DNA of 64,000 nt from Octopus vulgaris. Lineage: Eukaryota. Of this stretch, positions 42,060-56,696 are shown piece after piece. Made by a program: the position numbers and the translations under genes. Where the stretch lies: the NCBI GenBank assembly GCA_951406725.2, contig OX597834.1:37944001-38008000 (forward strand), given 5' to 3'. Under the pieces are notes generated by a model that ran no database searches, was not told the DNA's origin, and worked only from the letters and a program-made list of their open reading frames with translations. Position 1 is the stretch's first letter. Each line of letters starts with the position of its first letter.

Positions 42060-42136
42060 CACACACACATTCATACATACATGCACATTTACACATTTAC
42101 ATACATATGTATAGATAGATAGATAGACAGACAGAC

Positions 42137-42191
<55 letters not shown>

Positions 42192-42831
42192 TAGACTGAC
42201 AGTCACACACATACACACATATATAGGGATACTTATACGTATAGAGATACGCACGCATACACACGAGCTAGTATTACAAGAGTGAGACATGCCTCCACGC
42301 ATGTATCATCTCGATTTAAATTTTAAAATATTTGAGTTGTGATGTAAGGGCAGCGGCGGCGGGCTTAGTGTTGCTGTAACATTGATAACAACAACAACAA
42401 CAACAACAACAACAACCGGTAACAAGAACTGGGGTGGCGCGTGCGGTGCACGTGGGTGTAACAGCATCAGCAGCAGCAGCAGTTAAAACAACAACAACAA
42501 TCAACAATCAACAATAACAACAATTACAAGCAAAACACAGCAACCGCCGCAGCCAAGAAGAAGAGCAGTGAAAACAGCAGACAGCCATGCTGGCTTTAGC
42601 AATGAGGAGCGGGGGGAGGAGAGTAAAAGAGGGGGGAGGAGGAGGGGGGGGATAACAGGAACAGAAACAACAACAACAATGGTAAGAAGAAGAAGAAGAA
42701 GAAAAAAGAACGGCAACAAGTTAATGTGGATAGCAGTGAAACAGCGGGGAAAAGATGTGTTGGCATGGAAACAGCGGAACAGCCATGATGGCAATCTGAC
42801 GCTGCTGGAGTATGGACTGCTGCTGCTGCTG

Positions 42832-42899
<68 letters not shown>

Positions 42900-42904
42900 A
42901 CTAT

Positions 42905-42935
<31 letters not shown>

Positions 42936-43142
42936 ACTACTACTACTACTACTGCTGCTGCTGCTGACTACTACTACTACTACTGCTACTGCTACTGCTA
43001 CTGCTGCTGCTGCTGCTGCTGTTGCGGTTGCTGCTGCTGCTGCTACTACTACTATTATTACTACTGCCACTACTACTACTACTATTACTACTACTACTAC
43101 CGTTGTTGCTGCAGCAATGGAAGCAGTAAAAGCAGCAACAGC

Positions 43143-43177
<35 letters not shown>

Positions 43178-43294
43178 CACACATACATACATCCATATAT
43201 ATATATATATATATATATATAAACAAGCTGAACCCGGAACCATTTGGTTGGGACGCAAGCCTCTTACCACGCAGCCACTCTTGCGCACATACAC

Positions 43295-43407
<113 letters not shown>

Positions 43408-43565
43408 CCTATATATATATACGTATGTTCTATTATTCTTTTACTTCCTTCAGTCATTAGATTGCGGCCATCCTGGGGCACCACCTTCATGCATCTTTAG
43501 TCGAACAAATCGTCCCCAGAATGTATATACATACATACGTGTGTGAGTGTGTGTGTGTGTGTGCG

Positions 43566-43629
<64 letters not shown>

Positions 43630-44138
43630 TGTGTGTGTATGTGCTGTCCGCCGTTATATCTGGCTGAAGGCCAAGAAGTTAAAATCTTTACAGAATAGTA
43701 ACGGTGAACTTTTAGAGTCTCTCTCTTATATACACAGGCACACAGACCTCAGACCGACAGACATTTATGACGAAGTGATTCTCTCTCTCTCTTGCTCTCT
43801 CTCTCTCTCTCCCCTTCTTTCTTTCTTTCTCCCTTTCTCCCTTTCTCGCTCTCTCACATTCTCTTTCCTTCTTTCTTTCTAAATACGTGTATGTGTGTGT
43901 GCCCTCGTATATCTAACATATATACGTTCACCTGCCTATTTATATAGTTATATATTTATATATTTATATATTCATATTCGTAAGATACGTAGATGGCTAC
44001 GTGCGTATGTATATCCTTGTGTATTGTGCTGTGTGTGTGTGGATACACAAATATATATATATACGTTTGTTGTTTCGTAATTGGGAGAATGGTTTGTTGC
44101 TAATGTTTTTGTTTCCATGTTCCATATATTTCTGTATA

Positions 44139-44186
<48 letters not shown>

Positions 44187-44324
44187 GCTGTTGTGATGAT
44201 TCTTCTTGGTATCGTTGTTGTCTTATAAGTGTATAAGGATGGCGGTTTTTAACGTTTCACCTACATTGTTTGACGTCATTAGCAACGGAAATAGTTTGCA
44301 TAGATTTAAATCTCAGGGACCCAT

Positions 44325-44718
<394 letters not shown>

Positions 44719-44756
44719 TTCATATCAACTCGTGTGTTACTTTTCCACCATTCTAC

Positions 44757-44829
<73 letters not shown>

Positions 44830-45065
44830 CATATATATACATATATATGTGTGTGTTTATGTATATATATGTATATATATATACAAATAATTATATATAT
44901 ATGTGTGTGTGTGTATACGTATATATATATAATTTTAGCAAAAATTTAGATTCATATGAATATGGTACTTAAGTTAAAGGTACCAGAATTTGTATGGTAT
45001 TATCCATATAAATCAAATGGGGTGATTATAATCAAAATAAGCAACAAGGATATCCAAAGGTAGTG

Positions 45066-45152
45066 TACCACAATCGTTTCATGCTACTTCATTTAATTAA
45101 ACAATGTAAGTATTACATCAGTTTTAAAATGTAGAGCACTCTTCAGCCACAT
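45066..45152 (-). ncRNA. Degenerate hammerhead-like motif
   Basis: Minus strand CTGAAGA-gtgct...agcat-GAAAC-gatt-gtg; cleavage triplet and stem I imperfect. Confidence 0.45.
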
Positions 45153-45408
45153 ACGGAATTTTAAAAATTAAATTGACAATGTTCATTTTTATACTTATTC
45201 CATTTGCCAACATTACAAAAAGGCTAGATATATAGGCAGACAGGTGAATTTCATCAATAAGAACATGTTAGTAGATCTTTCAGATTTTTTTATCACTAAG
45301 TTCACTTTGTTATTTAGATTTACTAATGGGGAGGGTTTTTTTTATTAAGTTCAGTGGAGACAAACAAGAATTTGTATATAGATTCATACATACATACATA
45401 CATATATA

Positions 45409-45805
45409 TCTTTATATATAAAAGTCAAGTTGTGTGTCTGTCTCCTACGATTTAGATTCCTAACTACTCCCACATTTTGCGGTGCAGTGTAACCAAAACC
45501 GGGTATCTTATAGTCGTGATTCATATCGAGCCCTTCTGGGTATTAGCGCGCGTCTACGATGAGTCTATGATTTTAAAAATAATTTACTATCATTTTTTCC
45601 ATTTTAATGCATTTTTTCTCTATTATATAAGGGAAGTAACTCTCTAAAAATATCTACGATGAGTCAACGATTTAAAAAAAATTTACCATCATTTTTTTTC
45701 ATTTTTAATGCATTTTTTTTGCTATTTTGGGGGCTATAACTCTCTAAAAATGCTTATATAGTTATTTCCCTTACAAACCCGAGCAACGCCGGGCGATACT
45801 GCTAG
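45409..45805 (+). mobile_element. Non-autonomous Helitron
   Basis: 5' TC after A, 3' CTAG before T, GC-rich hairpin cccgagcaacgccggg just upstream of CTAG; internal ~100-bp tandem duplication (45553-45750). Confidence 0.85.
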
Positions 45806-45847
45806 TATATGGAGTGTCCCCCTGTTTGTGTTTGTGTGTGTATATAT

Positions 45848-46254
45848 AGGCGCGGGAGTGGCTGTGTGGTAAGTAGCTTGCTAACCAACCACATGGTTCC
45901 GGGTTCAGTCCCACTGCGTGGCATCTTGGGCAAGTGTCTTCTGCTATAGCCCCGGGCCGACCAATGCCTTGTGAGTGGATTTGGTAGACGGAAACTGAAA
46001 GAAGCCTGTCGTATATATATATATATATATAAGTGTGTGTGTATATGTTTGTGTGTCTGTGTTTGTCCCCCTAGCATTGCTTGACAACCGATGCTGGTGT
46101 GTTTACGTCCCCGTCACTTAGCGGTTCGGCAAAAGAGACCGATAGAATAAGTACTGGGCTTACAAAGAATAAGTCCCGGGTCGATTTGCTCGACTAAAGG
46201 TGGTGCTCCAGCATGGCCGCATCAAATGACTGAAACAAGTAAAGAGTAAAAGAG

Positions 46255-46255
<1 letters not shown>
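45848..46255 (+). mobile_element. SINE family A, full length, young subfamily
   Basis: Intact A and B boxes; near-identical to 14632-15038. Confidence 0.95.
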
Positions 46256-46289
<34 letters not shown>

Positions 46290-46776
46290 ACACACACAAA
46301 CACAAACAGGGGGACACTCCATTAGAATTCTTTCATACTGTACGTGTGACTGTCATATCACTGTAATTTCTAGTATTTTGTGATATATTCAGTGATATAT
46401 TTTATATGAATGCATTGTACTTGGTTTTTACTACCACATCATAACTTGCAAAGTATTCCAAGCATTTTATATCAATTACATAACTCATTATTGAGTTCAT
46501 AATTCCTAGTATAATGTACTTTATAATTTCGATTCGTTTTGAAGCTCTTCTGATATCGTCTACCTTGGGTAATACCCAAACCCCCAACCCCCAACCCACC
46601 GCCACAGACACTCCCTCCGTCGTTATTGATGTCGTCGTGTCAAGATATGCGGTCTGTAGTGAATTCAATTTTGAAACTAATATCGCTATGATGTTGAATA
46701 AATGTGTATAAATGAGATCAGAAGAATAACCAATTATATTAGAATGGTGTCGTGGTACTCAATGAATAGTCTCACA

Positions 46777-46814
<38 letters not shown>

Positions 46815-46843
46815 CATATATGTATATATATATATATTTGCAT

Positions 46844-46908
<65 letters not shown>

Positions 46909-46934
46909 CATATACATACATACATACATACACA

Positions 46935-47003
<69 letters not shown>

Positions 47004-47075
47004 CTAAAGGGATATAGACAGTAACCTCGATATATATATATTTACATATATGTATATATATATATATATTTGCAT

Positions 47076-47247
<172 letters not shown>

Positions 47248-47674
47248 TCTACAAAAGATATAACTTAAACCATGTAATAATGAACCGTTATTTATAATGT
47301 ATTTTTTGTATACTACAACAACAACAACACACACACACAAACACGATATTAATAAAAATAAGTAGCTAACAAGCACGAAATAACAAAAAAGGTAAAATTA
47401 TTAATTCATAATCAGGGTACTAGATTGTACGTGTACTATCTAGTACCCTGATTATATATATATATATATGTGGGGGGGGGGGTATGTATGTATGTATCTT
47501 TGGTGGCACTGTTTGTGTTTATGTGTATGCATGCATCTTGTTTTTTGCACAATCTGGTGGTTAAAAAAGTTTGCGTCTCAATCACAATACTTCGGTTCGA
47601 GCACACAGTTCGGTAACTTGGCCAGTTATTTTCTACCATTTGGTCGGGTTGACCCAAATATTAGTTTCACATTT

Positions 47675-47878
47675 TGGCACAAGGTCACGCCGTCAAGTTC
47701 AGCAAAGTGGGTAAGTAAGTTACATCCAGCCCAGTGTTTAACTGGTACTTATTTTATTTTATCGACCTCGAATGAATGAAAGGTAAAGTTGACCTCAGAA
47801 GAATTTGAACTTTAATGACGGACGAAATGCCGTTAAATATTTTGTACGGAGTGCTAGCGTTTCTGCCAGCTGACCGTG
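47675..47878 (-). mobile_element. SINE family B, old diverged copy
   Basis: gaatgaaaggtaaagttgacctcagaagaatttgaac ... ttctgccagct. Confidence 0.75.
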
Positions 47879-47894
47879 TTAATAAGGATAATAA

Positions 47895-47925
47895 CTAGCG
47901 GGACCCGTGAATATTTCACAGAATT
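47895..47925 (-). mobile_element. Possible Helitron 3' end relic
   Basis: Minus strand ctgtgaaatattcacggg hairpin followed by tcccgCTAG|t; 5' end not identified. Confidence 0.4.
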
Positions 47926-48129
47926 AATAGTAAATCTATTGGGTTATCTCTGAAAGCTTTATCCAAAAAAACCTGAAAGCGTAAGCCTGTGTTGTGTCTT
48001 AATGGAAAGGTAGTCGCTCATCTGCTACTCACTGAAAATCGAAGGAAATTGGAATACGTTGATTACTTAAACATTTTTGCCCAGTGTGTTAACGGTTTTG
48101 CTATCTCACCGCCTGGGTTGGCCCAAATA

Positions 48130-48343
48130 CATGGTGCGGCAGAAATACCTCCCACATTTTAAACTTCCACCTATGTGTTACCAATGAATTTAAGAAAGTG
48201 CCAATGATGATATTTTCATTTAGCTAATGAACAAAAACTGTAACCCTTTGTTTAAACAGCAGTAAAATTAATTTTTCATAAATATTGTTTCTTTTTCCTT
48301 TTGTCGAACTTTCAAATGTGGGAGGTATTTCTGCCGCAGCCTG
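48130..48343. mobile_element. Tc1/mariner-type MITE
   Basis: TIRs catggtgcggcagaaatacctcccacattt / aaatgtgggaggtatttctgccgcagcctg, TA flanks. Confidence 0.88.
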
Positions 48344-49044
48344 TATTACGAAAGAAATTGTAGCTAGACAGGTGTGTTGAAGCCCGTCAGGTAAACTATA
48401 CGTGAGGAAGTCATAAAAAAAAACAACACAGACGCAAATATGCAGCCATGCTTACGTTCTATACTCCATATTATACGTATTATTTCTTATTCCAATAAAT
48501 GTGTTGTAAATGCGCGCCGTACATGCATGAATGGTATGACATCATTAAGTGCCTCAATATTTGAATATATTGCGAAATACAGAATAATAAACAGCATTTT
48601 CTTTCATGTGGAACTCTTCTCCTTGAAGCCTACTAATTTAAACAAGGTTATCTTGAAACTAAATTATCTACTTCTCGTATAGTAATTTCTCAAATTGATA
48701 CGCGGCCAGAAATTTATAGAAATGGAGAATAGCCAATTAAATAAGCCTAATCCATAACTGGAATATGTTTTTATGGAGATCAAAGGAAAGAATAGCCATT
48801 TCAGCATATGTGGGGCTTGATATCAGCTGTAATGGTATAAAACCGAATACTGAAATGATTTTGTTTGTCCGAATCTCGACTGTTTTCCTCACTGCTTTTC
48901 TAATGCTACTCTGGCTCTTTCGCCAAAAATATTCACCCAGACACATTAGGCTCCGCAGAAAAAATCCTTTCCTTTAAAGTTGCTTTAGGAAAAATGAGAT
49001 GAGAAATAAGTTATATATGCTAATTGTAACCAGTAAATCTAAAA

Positions 49045-49371
<327 letters not shown>

Positions 49372-49660
49372 CTGCCCTGATGCAGTACCAGGCAGTGGCT
49401 CTCGTGGTTTCTCATCTTAACTGATTGGAAGTGTTGTCATGTACTTTGTTTTGTCTTGCTATAAAAGATAGGTTACAGCAAATATTCTGCTCAATACCAC
49501 AGATTTGCTTGTCAGTTGTTTGACCTTAACCAGTTGAGCATGTCCCTTAGTGGCTGACGATATGTGCATCTCTGATCACAGGCAGAAATAGTGGGGGAGC
49601 ATCATAGCCATGTGCTGAGAGGAATTCTTTATGGTTTGAATAATTCACCTTTGGAAACAT

Positions 49661-49830
49661 GGGCTGGTAGAATTGTTAGCAAGTCGGGCAAAATGCTGAG
49701 CGGCATTTTGTTCATCTTTACGCTCTGAGTTCAAATTCTACCGAGGTAGACTTTGCCTTTCGTCCTTACGGGGTCGATAAAATAAGAACCAGTTGAGCAC
49801 AAGATTACTGGCCTTGCCCGAAATGTTTGA
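49661..49830 (+). mobile_element. SINE family B, older type
   Basis: gctggtagaattgttagcaagtcgggcaaaatgc ... gactttgcctttcgtccttacggggtcgataaa. Confidence 0.8.
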
Positions 49831-49921
49831 AATAATGTTTTTACATTCGTATTACATCTCATAAAGGTTTCAATATAAGCAAGACATGCTGGCCTTGTGC
49901 CAAAATTTGAAACTAATATTT

Positions 49922-50325
49922 AAGGCAAAGGGCTGACAGAATCATTAGCACGCCGGGTGAAATGCTTAGCGGTATTTTGCCTGCCGCAACGTTGTGAGTT
50001 CAAATTCCGCCGAGGTCGACTTTGCCTTTCATCCTTTCGGATCGATAAATTAAGTACCAGTTACGCGCTGGGGTCGATGTAATCCACTTAATCCGTTTGT
50101 CTGTCCTTGTTTGTCCCCTCTGTGAGTAGCCCCTTGTGGGTAGTAAAGAAATAGGTATTTCGTCTGTCTTCGTGTTCTGAGTTCAAATTCCACCGAGATC
50201 AACTTTGCCTTTCATTCTTTCGAGACTGAGAAAATAAGTGCGAGTTAAACACTGGGGCCGATGTAAATGACTTAGGCCCTTCCCCGAGATTGCTGGCCTT
50301 GTGTCAAAATTGTAAACCAATATAA
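49922..50325 (+). mobile_element. SINE family B: young copy fused to a headless older copy
   Basis: Same architecture and junction (gtaaagaaata|ggta.tt.gtc) as 30886-31300. Confidence 0.9.
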
Positions 50326-51817
50326 GGAGGGCAGTTGTTTGTAGATCAAATGCGATCCATCTTATCCTATTGCCAAATCGCTGCTACAGATTGCTAAGCA
50401 CTTTTCATACTTCACAACCGTACGGTTCCGAATCCGACGAGAACACCGGGCTTCTTTCAGTTTCCATCTACTAAATCCACTCACAAGACATTGGTCGATG
50501 ATCCGGGGATATAGTAGAAGATATTTGCCTAAGGTTCCAAGCAAAGCGATTTCAATTCCCTGTTAAACCATTTCCCTTAATCGATTTCTTATATCTTTCT
50601 ATTCTGAGATGGGTGATACTCCCTCCCTCCTCTCCCTGTCTATCCTCGCCCACCCTCTCCTCCACCTCTCTATCCCTCCATTCTATCCTCCCCCTCTGTC
50701 CTTCCTCTCCCTTCTTTATCCTCCCGTCTAGTCTCCTCTCTCTAATTCTTTCTCTATCCTCCCCTTCAATCCTCCCATTTTTACCCTCACCTCTTTATCC
50801 TCCCATATTCAATTTTCTCCTGTTCTCTCATTTTCTCCATAACCTCCCTCTTTCATCATTTCCTCGCTGTCTTCTCCCTCTCTTTTTCTCTCGTGTCTTC
50901 TCTCTCTTTCTCTTCTCTCTCACTCTTTCTTCCCCTCTCTCCCCCCTCTCTCTCTCCTTATATCTTCGTCGTAAACGATGTTTCTGTCACTCAGTTAATG
51001 AAAGACAAAAGTGAATACAATTTGAAGGAAAAACACTGGAAATAATCCAAGCTTTATATGAACAACAGGCCAGAGCTATTCAATAATATAAAGTCTTCTA
51101 GATTGTAAAATCAAAGACAAAACGATCGAGAATCAATCATGAATGACCAAGAATTCCTGGTGTGGAAACTGATACAGCTGACCTGGTAGCGGCAGCCACG
51201 AACCACTTCAATACATTGGACCTGGAGAAACCTGTGCAGAAGTTATGTGCGTAATAAACACTAAATATTTATTTATCAGATATTCGCTTATAAAGGAAAG
51301 GAATACAGCTCTCGTACCCTATAAATTTTTATAGCTAAAGATTGCGAATTTATAAGGAATGGTGATTGGATTTTGTGGTATTCATCATGTCTTCTTAAAG
51401 GAGGCTAAGTGAAATATATTGCTTTCAAACGGAAATCGAAACCGTTGAGCAGGCACCACTTACCGGAAATTTACCTCCTGCGAAATCAATATTGATTTTA
51501 CTATCAGAGAACAACAAAGGGAGTTTTAGAATTGGTGGGGAAAAAATGCCGGACTAATTATCTTTTTCAATATTTAGTTCCCTCTGCCTTCTGAGTTCAA
51601 TACTTTCTAGTTTCGATGTTGGAATTCTTTGTTTATTATTATTATTGTTATTGATCTTATTATAATATCAATATCGATCTCATTCGGTTCCTTTATTTTG
51701 GATAGATATCGAACCTAGATTTGACAGTTTGATTGATAATAAGTCCAATTGTCATTTCACATTTGTATGACAATGCTTTTACTGCAACAACGACAACAAC
51801 AACAAAAGAACAACAAT

Positions 51818-51859
<42 letters not shown>

Positions 51860-52069
51860 AATAATAATAATAATGATAATAACGTCGAAGCTCTTGCTGC
51901 TGCTGCAGATGATGGTAATAGTGATGAGGTGGGGGGATGGTGGTGATGGAAGAGGAGGAATTTTTTTCATCTTCCTATTACATCTCTCCTCTGCAAGCTA
52001 TTGAGGGATCTCTATACGTTCCCTACGTCTGCCAGAATTAGCAACCGGACACCCTCAAATCACGCACTT

Positions 52070-52248
52070 AATTATTTCTTTACTGCCCACAAGCTTAGGT
52101 GTTTTTGCTCAATAAACACTCACAATGCCCGGACTGAGCTTAGGTGTTTTTGCTCAATAAACACTCACAATGCCTGGCCTGGGAATCGAAACCGCGTTCT
52201 TACGACCACGAGTCTGCTGCCCTAACCACTGGGCCATTGTGCCTCCAC
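52070..52248 (-). mobile_element. tRNA-derived SINE head with a 45-bp-period tandem duplication and a family-B-like tail
   Basis: Minus strand A box TGGCCCAGTGG, B box GTTTCGATTCCC; agcttaggtgtttttgctcaataaacactcacaatgcc occurs twice. Confidence 0.7.
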
Positions 52249-52755
52249 TATTGTTGCTGTTGCTGTTCCGGCAACGACCATCCCATCATTTTATATATTT
52301 AACGACGTCGTTGTCTAATGTGTTTTGTTTTTTTTTTCTATTTTCTTATTTCTGTTTCTAAAGATGGTAGTTTCTGTACGATTTGATGGCGACTTGTCTG
52401 CTATTAGACACGGGGCGGCGGTTGTGGAAAGCAACAGGAAGTTTAAAGAGAAATAAAAACATGTAAACAAAGTTTTTGTCTCCTTTTGCTTTTTCGTTTG
52501 TTTGTCTGTGTTTTGCTGCTTTTTTTTTTTTTAGTTATGTTTTGTCGAAAACCGAGAAAAAAAATCACAGTCTAAGAATATATCCAAGCAAGTCGAGATT
52601 TGACTGATTTCAGAGTAAAGCACTTCCGTGAAAGAAGTGAAATTTTCTAAAAATAAAAACTTCAGCAATGGAAATATCTAAAAATGTTGGCAGGGAAACG
52701 TAAATACTGATTAAATGATGGCGATGGCGAAGATTGGAGTGGCTGTGCGTTGTTG

Positions 52756-52787
<32 letters not shown>

Positions 52788-53229
52788 AGCGGTGGTGGTG
52801 GTGGCGGCGGTGGTGGTGGTGGTGGTGGTGGCGGCGGCGGCGGCATCAGCAGAGGCGGCGGAGCGTGATAAGTTTAGTAAAAGAGAAATGGAGTTAACGA
52901 AACAACTTAAGATAAACAGAGGTTGGCTTAACTGCAGATTAATACTGGAAACTAGTGCGCCGTAATAAATAGACTAAAATGTGTGTGTGTGTGTGTCTGT
53001 GTGTGTGTGTGTGATAAGAAGTGTGTTTCTCAATCACAAAGTTCCGAGTTCGGTCATTCAAACTGATTTGAGACTTTTTTTTAGGAGAGGCTGTAATAGC
53101 TGCCCTCGATAATTGTAATTTTGATAATTGTAATTTTAGTGAGTCATTACTACACGTCTAATAAGCTGACCCGCCACCTTTTCATTCCAGATTGAATGAG
53201 ACAGCTGTAACAGCACTTTGAACACAATC

Positions 53230-53614
53230 TGCTGAGCAATGCTCGTCATAGCCTACGAGACACTACTTGTCACAATTCCATCGTGGTTGCCAACTGCTTG
53301 ACAGGGACGGGCATCAAAACTTCCCTCACCCTCCCCACAGTCCAGGCTTTACTTCCCTTTGACTTAAGGTTATTATCCAAACTGAAGGAGAACTTCAGGG
53401 ACAGTTATTTTGAAGAGAGTAAGAAGAAAGATGTAGTGACAACGCTCCTGGGACATTCACTTTGAAAGACTACCAAGGGGCCTTCGCGAAGGTTACAGCA
53501 AGGACATTGTAGTCGGAGGATACTAGATCGATGGAGAATGGAGTTTTGTATAAATGTTGGAAATTATTAAATGTCACCACTGAAAATTTTTCAAAACTTC
53601 TGGAATGCACCTCG
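53230..53614 (+). pseudogene. Mariner transposase C-terminal relic with right TIR
   Basis: Frameshifted HNSIVVANCL...PHPPHSP...FD..L.SKLKE resembles HPPYSPDLAP.DF.LF.KLK; ends aacttctggaatgcacctcg-TA. Confidence 0.72.
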
Positions 53615-53825
53615 TATATGCTGTATTGAATTATTTTTACCGTATAGGAAAATGTCTTGAAGGAAGGCTGACCGCTATTTCTTATTTTTTTCTTTTTGTT
53701 CTTAAGGAACTTTTTTTTTTCTAATACGCCTTCATTTATGGCATTATCCACTTCGTAATCCACAGTTTATAATAATTCACCTTATAGATCTCAAGGTTTC
53801 TAAATTCTCATTCAATATATATGTT

Positions 53826-54330
53826 CTTTTATTCTTTTACTTTGCTGGAGAACTGCCTTTCGTCGAACAAATCGACCCCACGCCTCATTCTTTGTAAGCC
53901 TAGTGTTATTTTATAGTTCTCCTTGCCGAACGGCTAAGTTACGGGGACGTAAACACACCAACGTCATTTGTCAAGCGATGGTGGGTACAAACACAGACAC
54001 GCACACAAATATATATATATATATATATATACATTTCTCACGAACTATTAGACCTGACACCGTGTATTAGCCGGTGTTTTTCAAACGATGAATAGCTTTG
54101 CGTAAACCATGGTCCATTTTGTTCTCTTACTTTATTATTATCCTATAATCATCTCATAATAATGACTTCTATGACTCGTATTACTACCTCAGTCAATCTA
54201 AATGTATATATTTGTCGTTACCTGTCATAAATAGCCTTTTTTTTTTGCAATATGCATTTTCGTTGATTTTTTCATATTTTAACCTTACATTTCCACGTGT
54301 ATCTTATATTTTCTTTTTGTAATATATTTC

Positions 54331-54398
<68 letters not shown>

Positions 54399-54520
54399 GA
54401 CCGGCTTCTTTCAGTTTCCGTCCAGAAAATCCACTCACAAGACTCGAGGATATAGTAGAAGACACTTGCCCTAGGTGCCACGCAATGAGACGGAACCCAT
54501 TCTTACCACACACCCACACC
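53826..54520 (-). mobile_element. SINE family A interrupted by a ~300-bp insert (54033-54333) in its (TA)n tract
   Basis: SINE 3' half at 53826-54030, 5' half resumes at 54396. Confidence 0.82.
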
Positions 54521-54882
54521 TTTTACAGACACACGCACATGCACACACCGACACACACCTCACTTTCTTTTTATAACGAAAAGACTGAAACTTCGAAGCG
54601 AATGTCAATTTTTTGTAATAATATTTTTCGTGGTCTCTATTTACTTATCCAGTACATTTTTTTTACCTTTTTTTTTCACACTTTATATTAAAATGTGTTT
54701 ATCTCTTAATATATATAAACCTGCATATTTCCAATACAGGTGCGTCTCGTATATGCTTATTTTTCGAGAAAAACAGCACAATTGTGTACGTGTGTATGCG
54801 TGTGTGTGCGTGCGTGTGTATGTGTGAGTGCGTGTGTGTTTGAGTGTAAGCATGTATATATGCATATATACATATATATATA

Positions 54883-54948
<66 letters not shown>

Positions 54949-55176
54949 TATATACTTATATATATATATTAATATATAAACATATATCTGTATGCATGTA
55001 TCTGTATATACGTATATACATACACATATATATGCATATATATTTACATATACATATCTACATACATATGTATATATAAATATATAATTATACAAATACA
55101 TACACACATATATATATACATATATATATACTATATATATGCATAAATGCAAATATGTGAGTGCAAGTGCATGCAC

Positions 55177-55252
<76 letters not shown>

Positions 55253-55964
55253 TGAAAACACAAACGCATATAAATTTTGTACAACCCAATTCACACCTGA
55301 GTTCCATGGAGCTGAGCGTGATGGTACGATAGTTACCATTACTGCCACTACTGGAAGAAAGGGGGGGGGGATGGTGAAGGGATTTAATAGCCTGGCAAAT
55401 ACAAATATATTCACGCCTAAGGCATGTACGATGTGCATCAGGTGTGTATAATGTTGTATAACAGAATAACTAGCAAACATTGTAAGTCTTCTTTCTTCCT
55501 TCTTTTTATTTTCCTCATTTTGTTTTTGGGGGTTTTTTTTGCAATTGAGGAGGAGGAAGAAGAAGAAGAAGAAGAAGAAGAAGAAGAAGAATGAAGATTA
55601 CGTAAAAGACCATGTAAACAAGATGCTTGAATTTATATTCAGGAATAATTCAATTAAACAGAGAACATGTACCAAGAGGAAGGAAGGAAGAAAGGAAAGA
55701 AGGAAGGAAGGAAAGAAGGAGAAAAGAAAAGGAGGGTTTCTATACCCAATTGCATGTATCGTTTCATTTATAAGACGAGTCTCTTGAAAATTGCTGAACG
55801 TCACAACATCCTCCCGTTTCTAAACCCACGGGTTCAGTCCAGTTGACTCCTCTTGCATTGCCCTCTCTTCTTTCCTCTCTCTCATATGTCGGCCATATTG
55901 AACACTATATTTCATTTTTCATCAATTCTAGTACTTACGGGTTCTGAGAAGCATAATTAGTTTC

Positions 55965-56108
55965 AGAATTTTGGCACACAGCCTGCAGGTTTGGAGGAGG
56001 GGCTAATTCGATCGCATCGACCCCGGTGTTCAGCTGGTACTTATTTTATCGACCCCGAAAGGATGAAAGGCAAAGTCGACCTCGGCGGAATTTGAACCTG
56101 GAATGTAA
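55965..56108 (-). mobile_element. SINE family B fragment
   Basis: atcgaccccgaaaggatgaaaggcaaagtcgacctcggcggaatttgaac. Confidence 0.85.
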
Positions 56109-56335
56109 CAGTCAACATATCACGTTTCATGATTATATGTACTTTTCACATGTACACAGCTATATTCTTATACCCAGGGCCAGATTAAAACCCGTATGTA
56201 TTTATGTATGTATGTATGCATGCTGCTTGTTTCAGTCATTTGGACTGTGGCCATACTGGGACAATGCTTTGAAGGGGGTTTTCGTTGAACAAATCCATTC
56301 TAGTACTTACGGGTTCTGAGAAGTATAATTAGTTT

Positions 56336-56696
56336 TAGGTATTGTTTCCAGTCGCGTTTGTGTGATTGTTTGTTTATTTGTTTGACCGTGGACAAAATAT
56401 CTCAAGAACCGCTGAACGGATTCGGATGAAACCTTCAGGGATGTTTGGCCTCGTGACTGGCACAAACTGATTAGATTTTGGGAGCGATCCGATACAAGAC
56501 AAGGATTCTGGATTATTTTTCCGGATTTTTTATTTAATTTTTGAGAGCAGTTGGGTTCATTTTTAGTTTTCTCGTTTGTGAGAGCAGTTGAGTTTATTTC
56601 AGATATTCTTATTTTAAAAACCATCTCCGGCCAATTGTTGAGAGGATGGTACTGTTGCCTTGGCGGAGGGTTGCGCTCTCTGAGTGCTCTTGTTGT
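56336..56696 (+). mobile_element. Helentron-associated / DINE-1-like non-autonomous element, 5' end truncated
   Basis: (TTTG)n-like tract, core aatatctcaagaaccgctgaacggattcggatgaaac, 3' cttggcggagg then hairpin gcgctctctgagtgc before a T-rich site. Confidence 0.7.

Noticed and set aside
45848-45925. tRNA gene
   Set aside because: A and B boxes continue into a repeated SINE body, so this is a SINE head
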